From contig OZ025785.1 in NCBI GenBank assembly GCA_964019425.1, positions 930,001 to 994,000 of the forward strand: 64,000 bases of DNA. Reading direction: 5' to 3'. Shown one piece after another: positions 48,803 to 59,608 of this stretch. The notes beneath the pieces are model-generated. The model did not search any database. It saw only the letters and a list, made by a program, of their open reading frames with translations, and was not told the DNA's origin. Source of the DNA: Flectonema sp. DT1601. Taxonomy: Eukaryota. How positions within the stretch are numbered: the stretch's first letter is position 1; every line of letters starts with the position of its first letter. Both the position numbers and the translations under genes were made by a program.

Positions 48803-48807
<5 letters not shown>
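41691..48807 (-). CDS. LINE C ORF1 (357 aa reconstructed), split by LINE B
   Basis: Removing LINE B and one TSD copy joins 48807-48792 to 42748-41691 as MADWKVSDGIVVIAETTVRAL.... Homologous to B ORF1 (VIWL..GVRV); C-terminal coiled coil. Confidence 0.85.
43017..46932 (-). CDS. LINE B ORF2: APE, RT (FADD), RNase H; CCHC knuckle in the +1 frame
   Basis: WSNN, LQET, GDIN, SDH; YRPIAL, GVPQG, FADD; VYTDGS, TDS, PAH..NEVAD. The main ORF stops at 43285 and CFFC..HH...C lies in 43017-43298. Confidence 0.92.
46929..48770 (-). CDS. LINE B ORF1 (613 aa)
   Basis: ATGA overlap with ORF2, SPQNKEA-type repeats, SYAAAV motif and C-terminal coiled coil. Confidence 0.88.
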   Translation of the reverse strand: MAGKKAMRPQDRRAAERRERERKEAKMMREQARNEIREEEEGSQQEIESQQQEEMEMDSPEVPEGISVEVIAVGPPAAFQASPQNKEAIQTKTSPQNKEAIQISPQNIEAQGSVLLKTKQSPPSNEAPQSSPQIKEAQRRSTVIMNGPPPKLNKEHFNCKILQPTDDLNSKTNGIILSLAQQGRSLDEQYFEKASKTKQLTMVFTRPPPKRALQHATDCSQIQTPVQFDGQLRIRSWWFVALSGTIHRPTLTIAKKISPPVTHELIAWITTKELTKSQVQNPAAVTAIVKAVVAQHGRVDQRSYRYVGKDFVELTVLPNDVEAAVILLKNSGIGNVYFRIKSVAGQTPTQYTTVWLDRKTTNEEAVGILKAQHDLCHGLTIIHGKIGLRVVYTKDVDKVRKGAGKYASTVFGEGLHRLSGAPYSWGNRLRNILLEIGLKSKFIRMDRGDFIIALDKKPESRFVQCGDIVILIEKLETEVKAKETEKPVVVKYREAKTSYAAAVKRSLPTTKKPTAEVQVVENNVNSLREKTNETIERLQKEVKDMQVRLDEGMAQITGIVETLVQTTKKNEAANNNMATAITSLIEAVKRIENNLGMNKITTSATNRNNTGQS

Positions 48808-48843
<36 letters not shown>

Positions 48844-49245
48844 AGGTGAGAGGCAAGTATGGCAGGAGAGCAAACCCTCGGAACCAGCGATCCTTATGTT
48901 ACATGAGTGTGCGCTAAAAAGATAAACTGCAACACAAGTTTTGGGCCGGTTTTCTAGGTCCTACCATATCTGTCGCCGAAGCGAAGAAAAGAAAAAGGAA
49001 AAAAAAAAAAAAAAAAAAAAACAATATTTGTGGTTGTGTTTGCGCTGATGGTTGCACTCCCACTTCCAGCGTGTTTTTTCTTTCTTCTTACATTTACATA
49101 CAGTTTACATACAACTCTGTCTTCCTTTTCACTCTTCTTTTTTTTTTTTTTTTCATTTTTCTTTTAACATGTTTGCTTCTTTACATTTTTTACAAGTTCA
49201 CTTCTTTACATTTAATTTTTTCCGTTCATTCACTTTCCGTTTCAT
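48808..49245 (-). repeat. Repeat X copy with a long A-tract abutting the LINE C ORF1 ATG
   Basis: Near-identical to 34836-35225. Confidence 0.9.
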
Positions 49246-49250
49246 GCTTC

Positions 49251-50104
49251 TCACATGGCATCGTTTTTCGATCGCGATCCCCGTGATTTCCTTTTCCTCT
49301 TCTCTTTCCCACGCCGCGATCTCTCCAACAATCCGCAGCATTCAGCGTAGTCACACTTCACGCACATGACTACCCGCGTTCCCTTCGCGATCCGCTCTCC
49401 ACACCTATCACACCATCCCTTCGTCGGGTGTTTCACCGGATTCTTGATCGCTGCTTGCGGTATCTCCTTTCCGCACCCACACATCCCTACTGGGGGGCGG
49501 TCTTCTTGTGTCGGTGGGGAGCAGATCGAGCTCGAGTCTGACGTCATCTTGTCTGAGTCATGGTCCATGGTAGGCTCCGTGGTGGTTTCAGGCACAATAT
49601 TTTTCTCGTGTGTGCTTGTTACCGCCTGTGAGACTTCCTTACCGTTCTCCTCCTTCCACTTTAACAATCTCCTCCCGACTTTTTCCTCACCTCTCACCCA
49701 TCGGTAGGCCTCTTCGCTGGCTTCGGGGGGCAGGCGCTCCAGCCTCAGCGTTGATCCAAGTCGATGCGCCATTCTCTGCGAGACCTCGATGTATCGTCGG
49801 TGTGACTCTACTGAGTGCTCGAGTGAGCCGTACGCCACTATTTCCTTCACTGCGTCTCCGTAACTTAGCAGCTGCGCCATCCCGATCCCTAACGCCTTAC
49901 CCTCGCGGTTCGGCGAGCATTCCTTGAGGGGGAATCTCCACATGTGGATCACTTCACCGCCACTTACAACACACGTTCTCGTCTCCCTCTGTGTTGCTGC
50001 GTAGAACAGCTCATAGATGGGCTTTTCAGAGTGCCATTCTATTAGCTCGATCTTCGCCCTCTTCTTCGAATCTCTAAAAGCCGCTTCCGGTTCCGACTGT
50101 CCTC
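49251..50104 (-). other. GC-rich ORF fragment with C-terminal Cys-rich (ZZ-like) finger, inside the insertion
   Basis: Open frame with WCDRCG..MCVKCDYAECC. Preceded by an A8 junction; no ATG at its 5' end. Confidence 0.5.
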
Positions 50105-50122
50105 TTTTTTTTGAGTGTTTCA

Positions 50123-50144
50123 CAATAAAGTACAGAAAGTGTAG
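50123..50144 (-). other. Spliced-leader relic (3' half of euglenozoan SL exon)
   Basis: The minus strand reads CTACACTTTCTGTACTTTATTG, one mismatch to my recollection of the diplonemid SL end CTACAGTTTCTGTACTTTATTG. Confidence 0.75.
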
Positions 50145-50190
50145 AGACAAGAAAGATGTGACAAAATAAAAAAAAAGTGTAGCTTTCAGA

Positions 50191-50197
50191 GCCGCTT

Positions 50198-50246
<49 letters not shown>

Positions 50247-50263
50247 AATCCCAGGTGGTGGCA
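50191..50263 (+). tRNA. trnF-GAA: tRNA-Phe(GAA)
   Basis: 73-nt cloverleaf with anticodon arm TCAGA-CTGAAGA-TCTGA and a T5 terminator. Confidence 0.97.
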
Positions 50264-50510
50264 TTTTTAATTCCTGTTTTGAATCTAAAAAAAGGGTGTA
50301 CAAAAAAAAATGTTTTGAATGGCCAATTAAGCAAGCAACCAGTCCCGGGTCCTTTTTTTTAAAATTTCTGGAAAGCATCAAAACGTAAATGCTACTAACT
50401 TGTAACTCATTGTAACATGATTGGGTGAAACAACAAAACTTAAATATTTCTATTGGTGGGCAGTGATTCTCCTGTTGGCACAGAAAAACAATCATTTGAA
50501 AAAAAGAGTT

Positions 50511-51548
50511 TCACACACTGCGGAAAACACCGCCCCGTCCTGAATCGAACACCTGTGTGTCAAGGCCCATTAGACTTGAAGTTAGTCTGTCAGCTTCGCT
50601 TGCAACAGAGGGATTTTTTGTTTTTAACACTTTTAGCTCAGTGCTGGTGTCACTTGAAACAGCTTTGAGCAGTTGCAACTTCTTTTTCTGAAACTCTTCT
50701 GAAAGGGATCGGAAGTTGGAGATGAAGGAAAGTAGCTTTTCACAATCTCTCTTTTTCTTGGCAGGGCCGGTGCCTTCGAAAAACAAAGCAGAACGAACAT
50801 TAAAGACAGAATACTCAACGATAGACGAATTCCTCTTCTCTACTGCTTCCTCCAGTGATATTTGATTGGTGCACAATTCCTCAAGTTGTGCAGAAATATC
50901 CGAGATTGTTTTGTTCCGCCGTTCCAGCTTCAATGCTACATCTTCACCCAAATTCGCTATGGTTCTCTCATGTTCCTTTGCAACATCTTCGTATCCAACT
51001 ACAGCTTTATCAAGATCTATATCTGTGGCATCTGAATGACTAATTTGTCTCAGCTTATGCTCTGCTGTCTGCAGGTGTTTATTTTGTTCTGAAAAACTTT
51101 GATTGAATTTCCGACTTGTGTCAATAATATACTCTGCGAATTTAAACGCATCTGCGAAAAGTTCCCTTTTAGAAGGCTCGATTTCCAACAAACTCGTTGC
51201 GAGAGAACTTAGTTTCGCAACAGGCTCCAAGCCGCTGCTTGCTGGAAGGGTCTCAGATTCACAGACAAGTGAACGCAGTTTGTCACCCAAGCTATCTGAC
51301 ATCGCGATGTTCGAAAGCTGCTTCAGTCGCGACAATTCGTGCTCCGACATCAGCTTAGTGTCAGCTATCAGATGCTCTTGTCCCCCAACCACCGACTCTT
51401 CTGTGATTTTGGTGTTCGATATTTGCTTTAGTTCCTCCTGCATCTTTCTGATCCGATCCAGTGTTTTCGTCGAGTTAGCAACTGAGACACCCCGAGGTTT
51501 TGGAGGCGGGGACTTCACACCACCGTAAGTTGGAATAATTCCATGCAT
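50511..51548 (-). CDS. Hypothetical coiled-coil protein (345 aa)
   Basis: Long ATG ORF on the gene-bearing strand with helical composition. Confidence 0.7.
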   Translation of the reverse strand: MHGIIPTYGGVKSPPPKPRGVSVANSTKTLDRIRKMQEELKQISNTKITEESVVGGQEHLIADTKLMSEHELSRLKQLSNIAMSDSLGDKLRSLVCESETLPASSGLEPVAKLSSLATSLLEIEPSKRELFADAFKFAEYIIDTSRKFNQSFSEQNKHLQTAEHKLRQISHSDATDIDLDKAVVGYEDVAKEHERTIANLGEDVALKLERRNKTISDISAQLEELCTNQISLEEAVEKRNSSIVEYSVFNVRSALFFEGTGPAKKKRDCEKLLSFISNFRSLSEEFQKKKLQLLKAVSSDTSTELKVLKTKNPSVASEADRLTSSLMGLDTQVFDSGRGGVFRSV

Positions 51549-54339
51549 TGCTTGTGTGCTGCTTGGGAGAAAATTAATTCAATTATAGTATAGCATTATA
51601 GTAAATACACTCTCATCGAACAAAAAAATTCCATTTGAAAAGTTGATGCAGTGAGCAGTTTGTTCAGCTTTCTATTTTGTTCTTTTCATGTTCTGAAACA
51701 AGGGAAAGGTACAGAACTTGTTCGATTCAGATTGTTTGTTAAAAGTGAAACCCATATGTCATTAGTCACTTCTTTTCTCATTAGAGAGTTATTCAGCTGG
51801 GAAGCGCACAGCAAGATCCTGCCAACATAAAATGGGTATCAAACGTGAAATATGTGCCGAACGTACTTTGCAACAATCAAATTTGCAACTACATCTCGGG
51901 GTTGATTGTACACAGAGATGTCATAACAAGTTGAAAACAACCATAAATCAAAAACATCAGGTAACATTGATGGGCATCAGTCAAGGATAAGAGTTGTTTC
52001 ACTTCAGGCAAGCTCCAGGCGAGGGCTCATGATGTAAGTGACCATCAAGGCCACGTGCATGCACGGCAAACCTGTCGGAAAGAAAAGAGAAGAGAGATAG
52101 TATTTTGAAACTAACGCACTTAAAACGTGAAAACGTGGTTGCGCATGATGCAGTACTTCTTTTTTGTTCCAGATTCCAAGCAACAGACCGAAGAGGGGAA
52201 AGGTACCAATAACAGCCGCTTGTAAACAATGCGAAGCTTCTCAATCACAGTATCGTATAGCGACGATTGTAGCAAAGGTTAGTTAATTGTTTACTTGGGT
52301 CGACAGGTACTTTTTCAGCCCTCCCAAACTTGAAGCTTATCGCAAAGGCCCACACTACAAGCTAATGCAGTCATCTATACCACACTCTAAGACAACACGA
52401 AGAACTTCTTCGTAGAAACAAAAGGAATCGGGATTGAACCTGACCCAAAAAAAAATACATGGGAAGCCTTGTCTCCGCCCCCTATATGAGCGTCGTTGAG
52501 TAGCAAAGCTAATTCTTATAAACAATCAATGAAGACAGAAAAGCAAAAATCAGCTATCTCACTCGCAAAAAATATTGGAAAAGGAAAACGTCCTTAACAT
52601 CGGAATCCTAATGTGGATGCACCAGCGGAGCAACTCAAAGGTCTCGGCTTATCACATCACTTTTATTTTACATGAAAGTCGTCAAGGAAAGCATGTGCAA
52701 GATGTATGATGAAAGTAGCGTACTTTCACCATTTTTATTAGTGAGAAAGAAAAGCAGAGATAAACAACAAGTAAGTCACACAAAGGGAAAACAATTAAAT
52801 AAAAACAGCAAAGCAACTATCAGGACTCCTCACTGACGGGCAGAAAGAAATTCTCCGACAAGGAACTGTCAACATTTTATCATGAATTACTTTTACATCC
52901 ACAGTTAGTTGCACAGTAGCCTTGAAAGAAAAATAGCAGTGAGCCTATTTCTAGAACCTCAGCCGTGATATCCTAACGACGCTTTACATACAAGTATTAC
53001 CGTAATAAAGAATGGATGCTGTCTTATTTGTGACCTGTGCAGAGGTCACTGTCTAAAGAGGTCGCAGTTAAGAGGCCAAGTAAGTCACAAGTTTTCTAGA
53101 ACAAGCTTCACTCACACGAAAGGGGAGTTGCTCCAAGAACAACATGTATTAAGATATTGTTATGAGTACTGTTGGTTAAGTCAGCTGTTCAGCTTACATA
53201 ACCAAGACGTACACACAATCAGACAAGTGTGGGGAAAGAAATGTAAACATGAAAGTAAGAGAGGAGGAAGATGGAGAAAATAAGTCTGAACAATGTCAGC
53301 ATGTGTGTCTTGTTTATCCCGGTCTGTTTAACCTGTAAAAACACCGCAAGCAGATGTCTCTGCGTTTGTCTTGGAAAGTTGGAATGAGGAAATACCCCAA
53401 AACGGATAAGAATGGTAGCAATGATCAAGCATAGGGCAGCAGGTTTGCTTCGACAACAAGCGAACACAAAAAAAAAGAGTTGTGAACAAAACATGAAAAA
53501 CCTACTTTACATGCTTGCCAAAAAAGAAAAAGAAAATAAAGGAGGAGAAACCCCGACATAAGAACCGTGCCATGGATTGCAGAACATCCGGAGAGCAACC
53601 ACAAGTGGTCTACATAAAAGTAATTTAAAAGCGTGTCCAGAATAGAAATAAAACTATGAGGTAAAAGCTGATGGTTGTGAGGAAAAGTTGTCGCTTGTTC
53701 CATATTTATTGTCGGAGAATATGATTATGCTATTGTTTAATAAACTGCAGTGTGCTATGTGTTGCCAACACTCACACTTCACCAAGTCAGTCACCACACC
53801 AGTAGATTTGAATCTATCAGTTCAAGTTGGTAGGAACAATAAGCGAGTCTGGTTCTTCACGCGAGAAGTACAGTTGCTTCATTCAACTTGCTGCTATTTA
53901 GTACTATCAATTCATGAAGAACCCCTCAGGGTAAAAAAGAGACGGGGAGAACAAGAGCTCAGATAGTAAGGAGCTCATTTGCATCCCATGCTTGTTAGGT
54001 AGAATACGAGTTTGGTGGCTGTGTGGCCAAGTACTCATAACTCGAGGGAAAACCAATATAGCCGTCAGCATGCATTGATGCTTTAGCTTTTCAACTTAAA
54101 TTCCCCAACTTAACAATATTTGATGAAAGTTTTGCTACAAATTGTTTGTTTTATTTATTGTTTGGGTTACTACATTTAAAAAAAAAAGAGTATTCAGTGG
54201 TTAAATGAATACAAATAAAAACGTTTTAAAAAAAAAGATATTTTGATATAACAGTGAAACCTAGGATATTAAAAAGACGTTCTATAATAATATAGAGAAA
54301 CATGATCAGAAAGTAAAAAGTTAAAAAAAAAAATATATA

Positions 54340-55470
54340 TCAGTCATTCCTTTTTTTTGCGAACAAAAAACACCATTTTCTCACCGCCTGAGCAAGGTTA
54401 CACGATATGTTACTTTTGCTCGATTTTTTATTTTTTGGAATCGGGGAGGGTGCGATCTGTAAAATTAGGCATAGGGATATACTTTTAAACATGGTAAGTG
54501 CTGCTAAAAAGAGATAAACGTCTCTTTGCAAGATTCCCTTGGTACTACTCAATGATAAATATTAATCCCAGACCTGGAATGGAAAGATCGAGAAAATCTG
54601 AGTAAAAAACACCCCTAATTTTTTTTTTTTACTATTTTTTTCCCTTCTCCCGCACTCAGGAGATATGCACCTTTTTGCTAACTAATCAACCCTAGTAGCA
54701 ATTATGTAAGGAAAATGTTGCATCTATATAAAGAAAGTGTTTTCATTAAGTATCAAAGTAGGTCCAAAAAGACGGGTAGTAACAATCTGCCTCACCGGCA
54801 CATGCTTAGTACTCTTTAATATATTTTTGCTCGATTGTTTTTTCTCTGGATCCCGCTGGGCCAGCAGTGTAAAATTAGACCCTTCGAGTAATTTTTAGTT
54901 TTGGTACTTGTCCACGGCTGAGCTGATTTAGTAAACCACAAAATCTCTTTTCTCAATTCGGGAGACAAGTATGTGATGCCAACCTCCCGATTTCGGACGG
55001 AAATGAACCCAACGATGCAGCGCATTAAAATGCCGCTTCGATCGAAATTTTTACAATTTTTTTTTGAAAAAATTTTTCAGTGTCCAGAATTTGTTCGCAA
55101 AAAAAAGGAATGACTGATATATAAAAATCAGAAGTCACTTCCAGAAAAATCTTAATCGCATATGTCACGGATTTAAGAAGTCCTTCTGTCACCTGTGATC
55201 TGTTAGACTCTCCCAGTGATTCAGTCAAAAATTAGAAAATAGATCGTAAACTAAACTCGTCTCGAATCTTCGAATGAATCCGAACTGGGTGAAGATAGTG
55301 CAATAAAAGGCATTTCCTTGATAGATTGATAAAGAAGTGCATGGTGTGCATCAAATGTAGGTAGATCAAAAATAATAAAAATAGATAAAACGCATCACAG
55401 ATCCGATGGATCACGACATCAACAATGATGTACTCAGAATGATTCGCAAAAACAGTAAAAACATCCAATC
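54340..55470 (-). pseudogene. Possible decayed leucine-rich-repeat gene
   Basis: Broken frames contain LRR-like pieces such as SLGSFPSEIGRL, GQVPKLK and NFTDRTLPDS. Confidence 0.3.
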
Positions 55471-57184
55471 TGGATGATGCTCGAACGCCTTAGGCAGCAA
55501 CTACTATTTTACTTCGTTGGTTCAATTTTCTATAACCTGATTGAAAGGTTTCTCGAGTTTTTCACTTCAATTAAGGGATTGGGTGGGAGGGATTAAAAAA
55601 TGATAATAATAATAAAACATGTTTTTGTACGGCTCAGATACAAACACAGTTCATTTTCTTTTTTTCTTTTTCTCACAAACGTTCCGTCACTATTATTTTT
55701 TTTTTTCTTTTTTTGATCAAGATTGCACCTTTTTTTTCAGGGATACCTCTATTCAAAGGAATCTCCGTCCGCGCGTTTGACAACAGGAATTAACAGGAAG
55801 TAAGTTGTGCGGGCTTCTTAGATTATTACATGGCTAGAAATACTTCCTTCACAGTCAGTGGGGCGAATTTTTGACAATGTAAAAACAGTAACAATTTAAA
55901 GTACTAAAACAAAATTAATATCAAGTACTTTGAGTGAAAAAACTATATTAGTAGTTGTTATTTATTTATTTATTTACGAAAGCCAGAAATCAGTAAAAGC
56001 TCAACAGGGTAACAGTTCTTTCGCCAACCGTGAGACTCTCACAGACGATAAGAGATTTAGAATAACAACTTGAAACAAATGACTACCTAAACCGACCGCC
56101 CACACGAGCAGACAGTGTCAGAGACGCCAATCGTTAACAAAGAAAAAGTACGTTCAGAAAAGAAATTTCCTTTCACAGTAGTAGACCCGAAAAATGTGTC
56201 TTCCACGCTAGAATAGAAGAATAATATTCCCATCTCTGATGAAACACAAGGACAACTCCCTAGTCGGCACCAGTGAGGAAACTATTATTTTTGCAGTCAG
56301 AAAAGTCAAGACTTCCGTGACTTTTTACGTTTAAATTTAGTTCGTTTGTAAAAAAAAAATAATTCATCTGGAATTTATAAAATTGAACCTCGAATAAAAA
56401 CGAATAAATAAAAGAAATTTGGGGTGAGAAATAGGATGAGTAAAGGATTGTCCCATGGGATAAAAATAATATAGAAATCAGGACGAGAGAGAATGATAAA
56501 GGGAAACATAATAGTTATATATCAAAAAAATCATAACATAACAAAACGAATTTACAGCATAACGCCACGAGATTTAAAGCCACAGTTCTATTGTTCCGAC
56601 ACTTCGTTCTCCTTTTTTTTCCTTTCCAAATAGCAGCCAGTTTCCTCACCTGCATTCCGAAAACTACCGTTGGAGGAGTTTTTCAGCTGTTGTAAATATT
56701 TAATCGCGAAGGATTTCCTTCCGAATAATTGTTTATGTACAAGCGAAAGCCATCTGCGTTGCACATAAAGGGAGTCTCATTGCTGGTGCTTCGGTTGTTC
56801 GTCTTCGGAATCTTTGGAAAGGAAAACAAAAATTAGGGAACCTCACAAAACAACAAAAATAAAGAATAAACTCATTCAACCGAATAGCGATTGTAGTGCA
56901 AGTGTACAAGAACAGAAAGTTAAGTTGTAACCACATGGAGGGTTCCAAGTGACACCACAAGTTTAGTTTGTGAATGAAAAAAAATATTGAAATGCACTTT
57001 AAATAAAAGAAAGAACAATGAATTATACATATTATTTTATAATCCTTTTTAAGGTTACCAAAAAAAAAGAACAAAGCACCATAACCCTAACTTAAAAATG
57101 AACACATAATCAAGGTGTATAAAAGAAGTTCAATCATCTTTTTTTTTTATATTTCATTTCATCATTCTTGACAAGAACATGTAA

Positions 57185-58026
57185 AACAACCAAATTAAAG
57201 GAAGCATATTAGAACGCGACATAATAGAATTTGACTTTTGAAAATTTCCTACTGCGAAAAAAATAAAACACCTATTTATGTTTTGTGAATCTACTCCAAG
57301 AGACACAATCAATACGTCGTTTTACTTCAAAACGAAAAACAGGTGTAAACAGATAAATGAAAAAAATATTTCTATCAAAGCGCTATTATATGTGGTGTTC
57401 ATTTGGTCAAAATTAAAAGTTTAGTTTAGTTTAGTTAGCAAAATACAAACTGATGACTACGAGGGGTCTGGGTAGCCCGCATCAGTAAGGACCCAATCGC
57501 GAAGATTGTAGTTTCATAGTATTGGCTGGAAGTGATCGACTTTCAGCCTCCACCTTGCCCAGAGGCTAACAGGTTGTAAACAACTAAAGAAATGGAAATA
57601 AAGGGTAAGCATGCAACAAAAAAAAAGAAAACCAAACACGTTAGTTTAACACTTACGATGCAATTTATTTGACAGGGCACACACTCATGCAACATAAGGA
57701 TAGGTGGTTATGGGTGTTTACTCTCCTTCCATTCCCTCACTTCCCTCAAAAAAAAAAAAAAAAAAGAAGGGTTTCTTGCTACTACAGAGGAGGTTACCCC
57801 CAACTCATAAAAACTTATACCACAAGTGAAAGAAGGGTTATTTTTAATGTATTTTTTTTTTTTTTTTTTCGAGGGAAGCAAAGTAAGATAAAAAGAGCAA
57901 ACTCTTGGAAACCAATTTTTTATTTTTATTTTTTCATTTCCTTCTCGACGAGGAATAAATAACAACAACCAAATTAAAGGAAGGATATTAGAACGAAATG
58001 GCGTAATAGAAATTAACTTTTGAAAA
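57185..58026. repeat. ~60-bp direct repeat pair (57185-57244, 57964-58026)
   Basis: AACAACCAAATTAAAGGAAG.ATATTAGAACG..TAATAGAA..ACTTTTGAAAA occurs twice. Confidence 0.75.
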
Positions 58027-58589
58027 AAGAATTCCTGCTGAGTTTTTGTGAACTACTAATAATCAAAATTAATTCACCCGGCTTGCCTTTTGAATTAAAA
58101 AAACAAGTGCAAACAGTAGGAAAATTTCTCCAAAAAAAGACTACTATCGGTAGTGTTCGTTTTTTTTTTTGGTCAGGATAGAAATATAAGAATAAACATA
58201 AAACAACATACAACAACAACAACAAAAAAATAATTTTTCCCACTACGTCTATTTTATAAAACTACCAGTCAGTTTTAAGGAGGCTGTCTGATGTGGCTCT
58301 CTTCTAATACTCCGCACTCATAATAAAGTGTGTGTTAATCAAAGAAGCCTGCTCAAGCAACGCCTTCATTTAAACAAACGACCTGTAAACAGATCACCCT
58401 AATTAGACAATAAGTCAATCAGGAAGAGAGAAGTAAAAAAGCAAAAGAGACAAAAGAGACAAAACAAAAACATTAAATAGTAGTACTCGACTCAGTGACG
58501 TACTAAAGTCTCAACCCGGACCAGAGTATTTTTTTTTTTTTCGACTTTGTCATTTGGAGAATAGTGCTGCTCACTTCCAAGAAAGTATT

Positions 58590-58811
58590 CTAACAAATCG
58601 ATATTTTTTCCATCTGCTTTAAAAGCATAAGCACTGCCATGTCTTCTTCTGCAAGCCTTTGTCTGCAAGCATCGCGACCAGAAAGCCCACTTCCGTGTCC
58701 CTCATCTCCGAACCATTTTTTATTAGCTTCACCGACAGCATGAGTCTTAGCGCATGTCTTCATCATCTTTCTTGCAACGCGGTACTCTTTACGGATTTCT
58801 GAGCAAGTCAT
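58590..58811 (-). CDS. Small hypothetical protein (73 aa)
   Basis: ATG ORF with protein-like composition on the gene-bearing strand; no recognisable motif. Confidence 0.3.
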   Translation of the reverse strand: MTCSEIRKEYRVARKMMKTCAKTHAVGEANKKWFGDEGHGSGLSGRDACRQRLAEEDMAVLMLLKQMEKISIC

Positions 58812-58854
58812 TATATTATTATTTCTTATCGATAGATTCTGTATGAAATGTTTG

Positions 58855-59250
58855 GGGGTTAACTTGATACTAATATTAAATGGAAAGCAACTTGAAACCG
58901 GCTAAAACGAGAACAGGGTTCGGTGCAACATAAGAAAATCGTGATGGTATCGATAAAAAATCCCATATGTGCTGTCGAATATGGGGATTCGGGGGCCAGG
59001 TTGAGCGCCCCATGCCCTGTAGCTAGGGGGTAACTTGATTCGGGGGGTAACTTGATACTAATATTAAATGGAAAGCAACTTGAAACTGGCAAAAACGAGA
59101 ATAGGGTTCGGCCAAACCTGGTTGCAATATAAGAAATCAACAGTTGGTATCGATAAAAAATCCCATATGTGCTGTCGAATATGGGGATTCGGGGGCCACG
59201 TACTACAGGTTGAGCGCCCCATGCCCTGTAGCCCGTTACAGCTTAAATAG
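58855..59250 (+). repeat. Tandem duplication (~170-210-bp units) containing a hairpin and pseudoknot motif
   Basis: Units start at 58855 and about 59043, with a short partial unit at 59026. Confidence 0.9.
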
Positions 59251-59608
59251 TATTCCTTCACACTTCAAAGGTAAATAAATATTAAAGGAAAATTAAAAAA
59301 AAGGAAAAACTATTTTTGCAAAAATAATAAAGGAAATAAAGAATAAAAATAAAATATAAATTATTTCTGGTTCGTAGCACACTACCAGTGGAGCACATCT
59401 CGCAATACTTTGCTGCCGGGGGGGGAAAAAAAGTAATCAAGAGCTCAATAAACATTAACCAGTAGCAATCGGTGCCTTTGTTGAGCAACAAAACGACACA
59501 ATATGTACTCCACGACGTCAATATCTCATGCGCAAAGGGTACGTAAACACTTCGAGTAAAGTATGGAACATCACAATAATAATAATAATAATAATAAAAA
59601 TATACTTC

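Larger units (their letters stand above)
36987..50182 (-). mobile_element. 13.2-kb composite non-LTR insertion (LINE C, nested LINE B and 5' extra segments) upstream of tRNA-Phe
   Basis: Poly(A) at 36987-37004. CTTTCA direct repeat at 36981-36986 and 50183-50188. Empty paralogous site at 63451-63480. Confidence 0.88.

Noticed and set aside
48770..48840. HDV-like ribozyme (ingi/L1Tc 77-nt signature) at LINE 5' ends
   Set aside because: No nested double-pseudoknot pattern is visible; the leaders are simple A-tracts.
50123..50182. SL RNA gene or SLACS/CRE-type target site
   Set aside because: No GT donor or SL intron follows TTTATTG, and the LINEs encode APE rather than a restriction-like endonuclease.
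57450..57520. Hammerhead-like words (CTGATGA; minus-strand GAAAC..GTC..CTGATGC), partly shared with positions 1-22
   Set aside because: Stems I and II cannot be formed and the core reads CUGAUGC; this is only a short repeat or hairpin.
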